The position numbers and the translations under genes are program-made. Below, in pieces: positions 26,196-39,799 of a stretch of 63,444 nucleotides of DNA (the stretch's first letter is position 1; the number at the start of each line of letters is the position of its first letter). The DNA comes from Octopus bimaculoides. Taxonomy: Eukaryota. The DNA lies in NCBI RefSeq assembly GCF_001194135.2, contig NC_068987.1:91762849-91826292 (forward strand), in the 5' to 3' direction. The notes beneath the pieces are model-generated. The model was not told the origin of the DNA, searched no databases, and worked only from the letters and a program-made list of their open reading frames with translations.

Positions 26196-27832
26196 NNNNN
26201 NNNNNAAATCACGTGAGTAATTTCTATGATAGCCTTCAGCTGACATTTTAATAGAAGTTATAGAAGCAGTGAAAGTAGTAGAGGTTTGAGCAGCAGCAGT
26301 GGACTCGATGGCTTCACACATATATTTTTCTATTACTTCTTCAGTCGTAGGTCCGAAGCCAGGCTGCAGCACCGCTTTGGAGAGTTTAGTCGAAGTGATC
26401 GACGCCAATACCTGTTTTAAAGTCAGATTCTTATTTTGTCACTCTCTTTCACCGAACCAATAAGTTACGGGAATGCAAATAAATGCTGGTTATCAATACG
26501 GGAGGGGTGGGCTGCTTGTGCTTACATTTCTCATATTTATCTATTTATTTATTAAAATCAAGTTATATGAAAAATGTAAATGGACACTTTTTCTTCCATG
26601 TTTCGTTTGCAGAGTTATTCACTTGAGTCATTGCAATCACCTCTTTTACTAAAGATTTCTAAATTAATACGATCACGCAATTGTCACCCTCTGTGGAACG
26701 AATGTAGGAATTTATGTACTTGAGTCAGGTAATGTATATATCCAGAAGTCCGCTAGGTTAAGCTCGAAAAGTTTGGACAGCTTAATATAAATACAACACA
26801 TACTGTATGCAATAATAAACTTGCGTACAAATTTAATGGTCAATTACTTGACATTTGAACCTGCCGTACTATTCATATTATCATTTTGTTCGGCTGTTCG
26901 TCTGAAACATTCTTCTATTTCATTTATATTTTTTTACTTAAAACAATACATAATTAAATAACACGAATGCTACTTCATTTTGTTTTGATTTTAAATAAAG
27001 TATAAATTCGTGATCTTAATGTAAAATATTTTTTTTTCCTTTTGATTTTAAATACAAAATAACAATTATACTTCCTCGTGTTATATTTCTAAATACAAAA
27101 TAACAACGTAGAAAGACTGAGAATTATTTAATAAGTGTCCTGACATCTTTTTATGTATATGCTTTTACAAAATGTGAGAACATGGCTACACCTCTGCATA
27201 CATACATGATAAATATACTAATATATGCAATTTCATTATTCTTTTTTATATTCATATCACTTAACGCAAAATGCGTTTTTCTGGTTTAGTTTTTGGTTTC
27301 CTCACACAAACGAATTGTATTTAGCGTGATAATTGGATAATTAGCATGCAGAAGAATGAATGCTGATTAATATAAAAGAACTCAAAACGAAAGACTTTAT
27401 AATTGTTTTAAATTTCGTCCAATTTGTTTTTCCTTTTTTCTGATTTCAAGCACAATGCAACCGTTTCAGTGCCTTTACATCACAGATGGGTTAATTAAAT
27501 AGAATATGCAGTTATATATTATCTATCACGAAAATGAAAAGAAAAAAAAATAGACAAAAGCAGTTACATCTCCCAAAAGAAAGCAGATAAAACCTAAACT
27601 GATATTAGTTCCCACACTCTTACATGTTGTGTGGGTGGGTGGTGATGGTGGTGGTGGATAAGGTTGTGTGAAAGGTGTATCGGAAAAAATAAACTATGGT
27701 GCAAATGACGGCGAGTTTATCGTGGACAAAAGTAATGGCAGATAGGTCGTTATTGTGAAGAACGAAATATTTTGAGGGTACAAACCTTCCTCTCTCACAT
27801 TTACTGGAATATGGGTCGTAGGACAACACCCT

Positions 27833-27884
<52 letters not shown>

Positions 27885-27890
<6 letters not shown>

Positions 27891-28046
27891 TACATTATTT
27901 ATATTTGACAAATATTTCTCCTCATCTTGTTTGTTTTTAAAACGTTTCGGCTGATATACCCTCCAAGCCTTCGTCAGGTGTCTTGGGGAAATTTCAAACC
28001 TGGGTTCTCATTCCTAAGGTATTTTTCGATGTTGTTGTTGTTGTTG

Positions 28047-28085
<39 letters not shown>

Positions 28086-28156
28086 TCACTGCCTGAAATC
28101 GAACTCGGAATCTTGGGGTTAGTAGCCCGCGTCCTTAACCACTACTCCATATGCCC
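27885..28156 (-). mobile_element. Family A composite SINE: tRNA-like head, (AAT/AAC)n spacer, hammerhead-like 3' part
   Basis: A-box-like TGGAGTAGTGG (28139-28149), B-box GAGTTCGATTT (28096-28106), core CUGACGA-A-GGCU..AGCC-GAAA-CGUU (27941-27977). Confidence 0.75.
27941..27982 (-). ncRNA. Minimal type I hammerhead ribozyme motif; core intact, stem I 3' strand damaged
   Basis: GACAC CUGACGA A GGCUU GGAGGGUAUAU CAGCC GAAA CGUU. Confidence 0.6.
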
Positions 28157-28329
28157 TGCATTTAACTTGATATAATGATTGCATTGTTTAATTAAATGGA
28201 GCCGCTTGAAACGGTCGTACTGCATCACCTCTTGATACCCTGTTGCTTATTTTGATTTTATTCACCTAAATTTGAGTTGTACGGACAATACCGCCCTGAC
28301 TTGATGGTTCAATTTAAGTACCTAATTCA

Positions 28330-28870
28330 ACTGAATCTCAATCTTAGCGTTCATAATAATTTTTCTATCGTCTTGGTTTAACAGACCTCACTGCTTGTTT
28401 TACTGCCTTGTGCTCACTGTCCTGTTCTAACTGTTTTTTACTGTCTTGTTCTAACTGTCCTGTTTTTGTTAACACTTTCACCCTCCGCAAAAAATTCTAA
28501 ATTTTACTTAATTTGCTTTGCGGGAAGGACTGTTACAACGAAGACGCGTATTGTCTTTGCCTTCGAAACGTGGAGTAGATGGAGCAAGGACAACCGACGA
28601 AGGGGTATATTCTTTATGTTGCATATTTCATTTCTCTGTCTGCTTTTTCCGTTGTTCGAAAAAAGTTCGTTTTCTTTTTTCGTCTTTATATTTTCGCTTC
28701 TCATTATGATTAACGTTTTCCTGTGATGTCCTGTACCCATATATGCATGTATATATACATATAGATGTAGGTATGTACATATATGTATGGATATATGCAT
28801 ATGTTTATATATTATTCATATTATTATATGATCGAACGCCACGCATCCTTTCCCAAGTAAGTTTTCTCTC
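28330..28870 (+). mobile_element. Dispersed repeat family B, copy 2
   Basis: Shares motifs with 16941-17720. Boundaries are approximate. Confidence 0.55.
28545..28605 (+). ncRNA. Second permuted hammerhead-like motif (U4C variant)
   Basis: CGCGUA, 10-bp stem UUGUCUUUGC/GCAAGGACAA, GAAACGUG, CCGACGA. Confidence 0.45.
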
Positions 28871-28929
28871 TCTCTCTCTCTCTCTCTCTCTNNNNNNNNN
28901 NNNNNNNNNNNNNNNNNNNNNNNNNNNNN

Positions 28930-28965
<36 letters not shown>

Positions 28966-29636
28966 TCTTCATTTGGAATGTTCCGATGCGAGTAATGCTG
29001 AAACGAAAAGCTGGATAATCAGTAATGAATAGAAATGGAAGCAGATAATCAAGTAGTGATTTAAACGGATTTACGTCGACGTCTGTTGACCACAAATTGA
29101 TTCCTCTCATTCATGTAGGTCGAAATTTTGTTTAATTAAATTGAACAGTTTATACGCGTCGTACTTATTTCATCGATCCTGGAGCGATGCAAGAACAACG
29201 TTATCTCCCTTGACGGAAGTAACTAAATACAAAAAGGAATTTACCCTTTATTCAGAGTGTTCATACGCCTCATGCAAGACGGGCAATAAATTGCATGCTT
29301 ATAAAAATTAGTACATTATTGTGTTGGGATTTAACAGCGTCGAGCCAGATTAAATGAAAGGTGGACCCAACTCATGCAGGATTGGAAGCGTAAACATAAA
29401 CTAACGTTCTATACACAACACCGCATTGTTTAGTCGAGTTCTTGAGAATTTCTACCTTTTCGCCGCATTAAGAATGTGTGAATTGAAGTTCATTGAAATG
29501 AAATATTGAAGTCTTTTTTTCAAATTTTAAAACAAGCAAATATATCGATATGTAAACATAAACATTGTAGGAACATATGCATACAAATTGATGATTGATA
29601 GATATATAGATTAATTGAAATAATGTAAATCAAACG

Positions 29637-29666
29637 AGAGAGAGGGAGAGAGAGAGAGAGAGAGGG

Positions 29667-29760
<94 letters not shown>
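29637..29760. repeat. (GA)n microsatellite
   Basis: Tandem array. Confidence 0.95.
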
Positions 29761-29761
<1 letters not shown>

Positions 29762-30279
29762 GCGAGAGGTAGGCGGAGAGGAGACTAAGAGATAAAAATA
29801 GCTAGAAATGCGTAATGAATAATATAAGCGCTAGATTTTAAGCAGAAAGGTAGAAAGTGGCAATAATATAAGGTGTAACTGCTTAGAAGACAGAGAGATT
29901 AAATCTGTAAGTAACAAAAGAGAAGCACAACTAGAAAGTAAGAGAAAAAAAAAGTGTTATTGTTTGTAGAGATCATTAAATGTAGATAAGAAAGTACGTC
30001 GCGAACATGTACGTGCATGAATATTATACAGTGTTCCAACATGTGCATGTGTATATATATATATATATATATATATNNNNNNNNNNNNNNNNNNNNNNNN
30101 NNNNNNNNNNNNNNNNNNNNNNNNNNNNNNNNNNNNNNNNNNNNNNNNNNNNNNNNNNNNNNNNNNNNNNNNNNNNNNNNNNNNNNNNNNNNNNNNNNNN
30201 NNNNNNNNNNNNNNNNATATATTCACACACACGCACATACGTATATATATATGATTATATATACATACAGAATGCATTT

Positions 30280-30336
<57 letters not shown>

Positions 30337-31407
30337 ATGTATTTATGTAGATGTATATACATGTAACACATACATTAGCGTATGTATCAATATCTCTTTT
30401 TAATATATCCGAATTTCAGCATAAATACACAGACTAACAGAAGCGTCATACATGTGTGTGCGCGTATGTGTGTGTGTGTGTATGTGTGTGTTTGTGTGTG
30501 CACGTGTGTGTAGTTTGAAACTAGAAAGATACGTTGAAAAGTAAATTGAAAACTATCGTAAAACACTACTAACTCATCAACAACAACTTTAAAACCGACA
30601 ACAACAACAATCATTAAAAAAACCCGAAACCAAAGATAACTTATAACAAATACAAGAACGCCATTATATTAGGAAGGGAGCTAACTCTGGACAGAGGTTA
30701 CTTTTTTTCAGTTAACGATGATACAGTGAAATTCCCCGAACTCTAATAAATCAGTTTCGAAACATCAAGGCTTGACATTTATATCTCCCAACACTACGGA
30801 TATAACTCTATTTCCTAAAACAAACTACACTAATATTGCTTCTGCTGCTGATGCTGCTGTTGTTGTTATTTATTTTTGTCTCAAGTTCGTGTTCGACCAG
30901 GAATATTTATCTCAAATTATTGTAGTTGAAACTAGAAAAAACAAACTTTATGAGAGAAGCGTCATGATGTCCATTTAACGTACATACCAGCTGTTATATC
31001 TTTTTGTTTTTTATTTGCAATTGTATTAAATAAAAATACGTATTAAATTACTTCATTGTATATGTGAGACAACCTACAAGAACCCCTTTTCCAGTGTAAC
31101 TTCTTTAAGGTATAATACAGCAGACTATTCACGACCAGTTCGTCGATGTCCACCGATATATGACTCATAAATAATAATATAGAAAAAAGTAAAAATAAAG
31201 TAAATAATATATAAAATAATGTATATTATGGAGATGTACTTGCATAGCAAGTGACCTGATCTGAAATCGTGTGCTGGAAGGAAAACAATTGCAGCATGTT
31301 AAGTGTTTTGTCAATGAACAGGTCGCAGTCTCAAAGCGACGAAAATATTTTGGCAAATTAAATACAAATGTTAAACTATATTAAAATTCAATAAAAGGCT
31401 ACACTGT

Positions 31408-31610
31408 GGTGGTCAACTGGCAGAATCGTTATCACGCCGGGCAGAATGCTTAGCGGCATTTTGTCTCGCTTTACGTCCGGAGTTCATTTTCCTCTGAGGT
31501 CCACTGTGCCTTTCATCCCTTCAGGGTAGATTAAACGAGTACCAGTTGAGCAGAAAAAAAAAAAAAAAAATTTAGTGGTTTTGATCAAAAATTTGAAATC
31601 AGTATAATAA
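31408..31610 (+). mobile_element. SINE family 2, degenerate
   Basis: ctggcagaatcgttatcacgccgggcagaatgcttagcggcattt...gcctttcatcc...gagtaccagttg. Confidence 0.7.
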
Positions 31611-33820
31611 CCGGTACTTATAATGCAAAGATTATGGAAATGAAAATATGGCTAAGATATATAACAGGAAATGTGTTTGGTTAAGAAAAAAGCTAAACAA
31701 AAAGAACTATTAAGATCTTAGAGTAATCTTATCGCAAGCTAGCGTGAGAGGAACAAAAGTATTTCTGTAATTTTAGACCGGAGTATTTGGCTTTTTTTCA
31801 TTGTTATATCTTCGAGGCTACTGGATGGTGCTTGTAGCAATGAAGCAGGAATAATAGCAGGAATGATGTCAAGTCAAACAGTGGGAAAATACCAACAAAA
31901 TTAATACATTTTTTTTGTTGTTGTTTGAGAGAAACAACATTTTGTGAAACATTTTTTCTTCTGTATGTTTCCCCGTACATTTTCTTTGATTAAATGAAGT
32001 GCCAGTTATTAGTTGCAGAAGATATGAAATAAAGCAGATTTATAAAATGACGCCACAATATGTATGACCACTGATACGACAAGTATCAACGGTGATCGCC
32101 CCTGTATTGGAAAACAAAAACACAATGAAATATTGTTGAGCCTGCCGCAATAATCCTAATGTCTGGAATTGCAATTCAGCTTTTATAACCTACGTGAAAA
32201 ATATATAACCTACTGAAAAATTGAATCTTATATATATTCTTTTTAGCAACGTCAGTCTGTTGTTCTAATCAACAGTATATTATCATTTTCTTGTGAACTC
32301 AATTTTGATAAACGACTGAAATTATTGTTTTCAATTCAATTTGATCTCAAATGTTATTTTTGAAGCTCATAGAACCTACATAACTGCGTTTGATCTTTCG
32401 TAAAAAATGCTTCTTGTTTATGGAATATACAGAACAGTTTTCGCCTCGTCGATATCGTAGTGAAATCTTAACCGTTTGACTAGGCATTTCATTCGACCAT
32501 CTTCGATAAAATAGGTATCAATGATATACTGATGGTGATGTAATAGATTACACCATTCTTTTTCCATAATTTGCCTCATGCTAAAGTAAGGAATCTGTTT
32601 TAGAGAAACTTGCATTTTATATGTCTATGTGTTCAAGTTTGTTTCTCATAACACTTTCATTCACATTATGTATGTCTTTATTCTGATGCTTATCATTCTA
32701 AATATTGCCATATATCAAGAAAGTTATGCACTAAGACCTCGTATCTATAAAGTATAGAAGGGTGATCTCGTAAAACAAATCCTATCTAGTGCCAACATCA
32801 ACAGAAGAAAACGTCCACAGACGACGCCACCCTCACAAACGGTCTCGCGTATCGGCAATGATATACGGTATGAGTGCATATTAAAAATATATTGTTATTT
32901 GTACGTTCTACAAGAGTTAACAAACCATTATAAACCAACCTACCCATCAATAAAGCAATATTTAACAGGAACAACATCAATGCAAACCATAACTCTTACC
33001 GATCCACCTTTCACACATACCCTCCACCACCAATGCCACGACTACCGCCACCATCATCATTATCATTATCACCAGCAATAAAATCAGCAGCTCGGCGAAA
33101 TAAACGTTTCAACCATCTTCACCATGCTCAATATAAGTATATCGTTCTCCATTAATCATTTCGAATCTTGAAAAAGATCAGCCTCTAGGTTATTAACCAG
33201 TGTTTTCTATGTTCATACGGAAGCGATATTTAGGGAGAAATAAAGAAAAGAGAAGATAGAGAGAGAAAAAAAAAGAGGGAAACGATTGAAAGAGAGAGAG
33301 AGGGGGGGGAGAGATAGAGAGAAGAGGAAGAAAGAGAAAGTGGAAAGATATAGAATATGAGATATATTCATTTGTGATAAAAGAGAAAATGAAAGGAGTA
33401 AATTCCAAACAAGGAAGATAGGGAAATAATGTCGGTGTTATATAAACACTATAAGCGATCATTTCTTTGTATTTCTGCACAAGATACTTCAGGCTCTCAC
33501 TTGGCCGCGAATAGGTAATGCTGGCTTCCAAATGCTGATGCCTCATCCCTCAACGAATTTGCCGCTCAACAAGCTAACACAGAAGAATGGATGAATAACA
33601 AGAGGAAATGAATAAATAAGCCGGGCATTAAGCATGAGACCAATATTCTACAAAGCGCATACAAACATACGATGCGAGGTTTCTTGCTCGCAGTTAAACT
33701 GTTAGTGAGCTATCCAATTCAAATTTTCGCATTATATTAATGCATTTATGCAATGCAGTTCGTTCTACTTTACTCTTCATTGTAATTACTCTATACTTAT
33801 ATATATCTATATCTATATCT

Positions 33821-33856
<36 letters not shown>

Positions 33857-35445
33857 TTATATATAATTTAGATTCAGATGACTATCGTACTTAAGCTGAG
33901 GCGTCAGAATTTACTACAGTATTATGCATACAATTTCAAAATAAGGTGATTAAAATCAAAATAAGCAATAAAGAGTACATTTACATACATAAATGCATAT
34001 ATATATATATATNNNNNNNNNNNNNNNNNNNNNNNNNNNNNNNNNNNNNNNNNNNNNNNNNNNNNNNNNNNNNNNNNNNNNNNNNNNNNNNNNNNNNNNN
34101 NNNNNNNNNNNNNNNNNNNNNNNNNNNNNNNNNNNNNNNNNNNNNNNNNNNNNNNNNNNNNNNNNNNNNNNNNNNNNNNNNNNNNNNNNNNNNNNNNNNN
34201 NNNNNNNNNNNNNNNNNNNNNNNNNNNNNNNNNNNNNNNNNNNNNNNNNNNNNNNNNNNNNNNNNNNNNNNNNNNNNNNNNNNNNNNNNNNNNNNNNNNN
34301 NNNNNNNNNNNNNNNNNNNNNNNNNNNNNNNNNNNNNNNNNNNNNNNNNNNNNNNNNNNNNNNNNNNNNNNNNNNNNNNNNNNNNNNNNNNNNNNNNNNN
34401 NNNNNNNNNNNNNNNNNNNNNNNNNNNNNNNNNNNNNNNNNNNNNNNNNNNNNNNNNNNNNNNNNNNNNNNNNNNNNNNNNNNNNNNNNNNNNNNNNNNN
34501 NNNNNNNNNNNNNNNNNNNNNNNNNNNNNNNNNNNNNNNNNNNNNNNNNNNNNNNNNNNNNNNNNNNNNNNNNNNNNNNNNNNNNNNNNNNNNNNNNNNN
34601 NNNNNNNNNNNNNNNNNNNNNNNNNNNNNNNNNNNNNNNNNNNNNNNNNNNNNNNNNNNNNNNNNNNNNNNNNNNNNNNNNNNNNNNNNNNNNNNNNNNN
34701 NNNNNNNNNNNNNNNNNNNNNNNNNNNNNNNNNNNNNNNNNNNNNNNNNNNNNTATATATATATGTATATATATATATATCCTTACCTATATGTCTAAAT
34801 AGAGAGTGAGAGAGAAACGATGATAAAATAAATATATTTTTACATCCCTACATATATATTTATACACGTATGCTCGTAGTACGTCCACGTGCACACATAT
34901 GCATATATATGTATATAAGCAATATTGAACCCCGTATCCTTATGTATAAGTCGTTCGCCCGCTCCTTCTGAGCCAAAACGAATCCGTCCAACAAAGCAGT
35001 CTATAGTTATATCCAAAAGCCTGGAAGTGAAAACAGCTATTTTGAGTTTGAGCGAGCAAGTAATGAGATAAGGGACGTGGTTTCTCTGTTGCGGTCACGT
35101 GCTCACGTTCGGCCGTCATGACGTACCGCTTGATTTAGAATGTTGGTCCGATTGCCTGTCACCTGTGTTAATTGCGTTAGCCTTTTATTCAGTACCACCA
35201 TTTTGAATCACTGCCAAAGACATTAGCTGCCCAAAGACTTCTTGCAAATACCCAACGTCTTACACATACAAATAGTCTTCATTTACGTGTATGAGAGTGT
35301 CTGCGTGTGTGTGTATGTGTGTGTATTTGTAAGCGTGTGTAAACCTAACATACGTGTGTATATACGATACATACACATTATTTGTCGAATATAGCTATAC
35401 AAGCATATAATACATACATATATANNNNNNNNNNNNNNNNNNNNN

Positions 35446-35479
<34 letters not shown>

Positions 35480-35771
35480 TACATATACCCTTACACATAT
35501 ATACAATAATTTAACTAGAATTGGCTCTAGTGCGAACATACAAACAGCTGGATGCATGAATATTGAATATATGTGTGTGTGAGAGTGTGTGTGTGTGAGA
35601 GTGTGTGTGTGAGAGTGTGTGTGTGTGTGAGAGAGAGAGTGTGTGTGTGTGTGTGTATACACAGCAGTCGCTGTTACAGACACGCATATATACATACACA
35701 AAAGTGTGTATTTGTATGCGTTTATAAAATGTTTATGTATTCATCAACTTGCTTATTTTTCATTCACATCA

Positions 35772-35825
<54 letters not shown>

Positions 35826-36740
35826 ACAGACACATATATATACACACACATATACACACAAATACACACANNNNNNNNNNNNNNNNNNNNNNNNNNNNNN
35901 NNNNNNNNNNNNNNNNNNNNNNNNNNNNNNNNNNNNNNNNNNNNNNNNNNNNNNNNNNNNNNNNNNNNNNNNNNNNNNNNNNNNNNNNNNNNNNNNNNNN
36001 NNNNNNNNNNNNNNNNNNNNNNNNNNNNNNNNNNNNNNNNNNNNNNNNNNNNNNNNNNNNNNNNNNNNNNNNNNNNNNNNNNNNNNNNNNNNNNNNNNNN
36101 NNNNNNNNNNNNNNNNNNNNNNNNNNNNNNNNNNNNNNNNNNNNNNNNNNNNNNNNNNNNNNNNNNNNNNNNNNNNNNNNNNNNNNNNNNNNNNNNNNNN
36201 NNNNNNNNNNNNNNNNNNNNNNNNNNNNNNNNNNNNNNNNNNNNNNNNNNNNNNNNNNNNNNNNNNNNNNNNNNNNNNNNNNNNNNNNNNNNNNNNNNNN
36301 NNNNNNNNNNNNNNNNNNNNNNNNNNNNNNNNNNNNNNNNNNNNNNNNNNNNNNNNNNNNNNNNNNNNNNNNNNNNNNNNNNNNNNNNNNNNNNNNNNNN
36401 NNNNNNNNNNNNNNNNNNNNNNNNNNNNNNNNNNNNNNNNNNNNNNNNNNNNNNNNNNNNNNNNNNNNNNNNNNNNNNNNNNNNNNNNNNNNNNNNNNNN
36501 NNNNNNNNNNNNNNNNNNNNNNNNNNNNNNNNNNNNNNNNNNNNNNNNNNNNNNNNNNNNNNNNNNNNNNNNNNNNNNNNNNNNNNNNNNNNNNNNNNNN
36601 NNNNNNNNNNNNNNNNNNNNNNNNNNNNNNNNNNNNNNNNNNNNNNNNNNNNNNNNNNNNNNNNNNNNNNNNNNNNNNNNNNNNNNNNNNNNNNNNNNNN
36701 NNNNNNNNNNNNNNNNNNNNNNNNNNNNNNNNNNNNNNNN

Positions 36741-36789
<49 letters not shown>

Positions 36790-37489
36790 CACGTATACAC
36801 AAACCCCGTCTATATAATATAACTTTTGAAATTGCAAGTTTCAGGAGATGTCTTCCTTTGCTGGATTTCACTCCTAATCGTTTTGCTGTTATCCAACCAG
36901 CGTTGCTTCTTATAATGGTCTTAGTCAGAAAAGGTTGACAGCTTTTCATGGGAACTCTTCCAACAATTAACTGTCTGCTGCTGTTAGATGTCAGATACGG
37001 ATGTTTCCTATTTTATTTACTCCCACGCCTATTTCATTCACTATTTTTTTTCTTTCTTCCTTTCTCTTTCTGTTTGTTTACCTTGTTTTCGGGGGGTTTT
37101 TTTTGCTCTTTGGTCCGTGGTAGCTTTTTTTTTACCTTTTCTCGTTGTTGATGGCCTCAATCATTATGACTCACTTTAACGCGCTCCCACTATCTTTTTA
37201 TTAAGTTTTTATTTGTTGGTGTATTTTTATATAATACACTAGAAAGTGAGAGTCAGCGCTCCACACCAGGTTGTATCGTTGTTTTAGTGTGGCAGCATTG
37301 GTTTATTGTTGTGGCGCTCTTATATCTTTGACGCACAACTGTAGAATATTTTCATTTCGTGTTTGGAATCATTTTTTAAATTTGTTCTGCAAGGTTCTTG
37401 ATGTGAACTCGAATGAATTAATATTCGTTTCAAATTTTGGCACAAGAATTTCAGACGTGGTAGGGTAAGTCGGTTACAGGACCCTAGTA

Positions 37490-37640
37490 CTTAAATGGTA
37501 CTTTTTTTTTATCTCATCGACCCCGAAAGGATGAGAGCCAAATTCAACCTCGGTGGAATTTGAACTTAGAATGTAAAGACGGACAAATTCCCGCTAAGCA
37601 CTTTGTCCGAGATACTAACGATTCTGCCGGCTCACCGCCT
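37490..37640 (-). mobile_element. SINE family 2 copy
   Basis: tcgaccccgaaaggatga...gaatttgaacttagaa...ccgctaagca...gattctgccggctcaccgcc. Confidence 0.75.
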
Positions 37641-37654
37641 TCCTCTCTTCCTTA

Positions 37655-37785
37655 TATTGGCTTCAAATTTTGGCACAACGCCAGCAGTATTAGGAGAGAG
37701 GCTAAGATAACCCCATCGGCCCCAGTGATCAACTCGTAATGTATTGACCCTGAAAGGATGAAATGCAAAGTCAACCCCGGCGGCT
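37655..37785 (-). mobile_element. SINE family 2 tail fragment (alternative tail)
   Basis: tcaaattttggcacaa...gaccctgaaaggatgaaatgcaaagtcaacc. Confidence 0.6.
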
Positions 37786-37819
37786 ATTCTTCTTATATTA
37801 ATAACAGAAGAGAAAATCA

Positions 37820-37876
<57 letters not shown>

Positions 37877-38223
37877 TGTTTATTGGCATAATGACTCTTT
37901 TGTATTATTATCATTTGAGAGTAACACGTTTTAGAAGCTTAAAGTTTGCAAATCCACTCAACTTTGGGGAATTTCCTTAAAATGATATTAAGATGATTAA
38001 TTTTTCATTATTCTTTCCAGCCTTTTACGTCCTACATTCAAAGGCCCGACATAACATTGAATACCTTGTCCACCAACTCATGTGTAATCTATCTTTTTAT
38101 TTACATTACGTAATGTCTGAGCAATTAGATTGGAACACGTGATATTAATTATTTCGTTTCCCTTGTAAATTGAAATTCTAGACAGTGTAACTTCTAACTT
38201 TTCTAACTCCCGATTCAATAATT

Positions 38224-38495
38224 CCGTGACCACGTGATCAGCCAGACTAATCGGATGTTGTAATGCATCACTGGTCAGAATGCGCTTTGCATCGTTTTAG
38301 TTTTCGAAAGATGCCACTCCGCTGGCCAGAAGGGCAAGTCTACATTGCCACCTGATCAAAAGGGTAGTCCGTTGCAGGGTTATCTATTTCCATCTGAGTG
38401 CACCAGAGCAATGTCAAATAAAGTTGGGTCCGGGAATCGAACCTACGATCTGGCAATCGTGAGTGCCACTACCTAGCAACAAGACCACGTGACTT
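38224..38495 (-). mobile_element. tRNA-derived SINE, family 3
   Basis: B-box gttcgattcc. The tail ctaaaacgatgcaaagcgcatt.tgaccag...gatcacgtg matches 50839-51113. Confidence 0.75.
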
Positions 38496-39799
38496 CACAA
38501 GTCAATAACACTTGTTCAATTGATGTAATTGAGTCAATGAGCAATATATCGTAACTATATATTTGTGACCTTGAAAGATAAATATTTATATCTGCGATCG
38601 ATGTATGATCTATATATTTACTAACATCTACAGAAATGAACACAAACGCGTTTGAGACATTTTGGCGTCGCTGCTTCAGCGCTGACTTGTTTGGACATCA
38701 GACATTTTAATACTTCTCGTTTGACTGTTTCTTTCGTTTTATCCTTCCATCTCTACATCTCCCCCTCTCTGCCTTCTCGCTTCCTTCCCCACTCTCTGCC
38801 TTCTCCCTCTCTTCCCCATCTCTCAGTTTATGTTTGTGAACGTTTTTATCTTTATGTGTGTGAGAAGAAGTAATATGTTTGTGTCAATTGTGTTCAATCA
38901 ATAAATTGTAACGTCTGTCTCTCCCTCTTTCCTCCTCTCCATCTCAAACTCTCTATCTGTATGCATATATTTCTGCGCGTGCGTGCGTGTGTGTTTATCT
39001 CCAGTGCCAAAAATTACTGTTTCCAGAACCAGCTGAATGCACCTTCACCCGTGCCAAATCATCAGCACCAAAAAGCTGCGCCCAATCGTCTCATATCCAT
39101 ACAAGCTAACGCTTCACATGTTGTGTAGCCATTTAAATGAACTTCAGTAGCTCATTATTAATTAATCTTTAGATCTACGAATTCGATCAAAGCGTGGTTG
39201 AAACGCTGAAAGCAACAATATTGTAACAAGACAGGACAAGACAGTTCGTTAGACATTCTACACTTTGTGGTAATTACTTTCCTTCGATGATATAAATACC
39301 ATAAACTGAGTCGTACAACACATATATCTTTAAATGTAAAATTGCCATTATCTTTTAATACTCTAAAAAGATTGGCATTGTCTACGTGCAGGTGTAAGAA
39401 AAAAAAATAGTAACACACATCACCCATGCTCATACATAAAGGTAAGTTTTGTTGTATTTTCCGGTTATCGTACATTTCAACATTTCGACATAAAAAAATA
39501 GTTGGAAAAGGCTTCGAGAGAAGAAAATCTCAGCTGTCGCTGTGGCTACATTGCTGTAACTTATGGAAGTTGTTTGTATGAGTATCATGGTTTTGCACCT
39601 CACTTATTGACCGGTCACCGGGGCAAGAATGATTTGAGCTTGAATAATTCAGTACTCGAAGCATTAAAGGGAATCAGTGAGATTTGGAAAAGTTTCAACT
39701 GCGAATACTTTTTTCTTTGACACGAAGTATTCATATATGTCGAATTTATGTCCTTTATTTTATATATTTATGAAAGAAACTGTATTTTATAGGGGTGGG

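Noticed and set aside
28080-28156. tRNA gene
   Set aside because: The anticodon and acceptor stems do not pair properly and it is fused to a repeat body, so I treat it as a SINE head.
35085-35130. Cluster of CACGTG/TGACGT motifs
   Set aside because: Six-mers are too short to support a regulatory call without conservation or chromatin data.
33946-36949. Long ORFs of 270-430 aa in the track
   Set aside because: They are open only because of N runs and dinucleotide repeats; the same applies to the other X-rich and HT/CV/YI ORFs.
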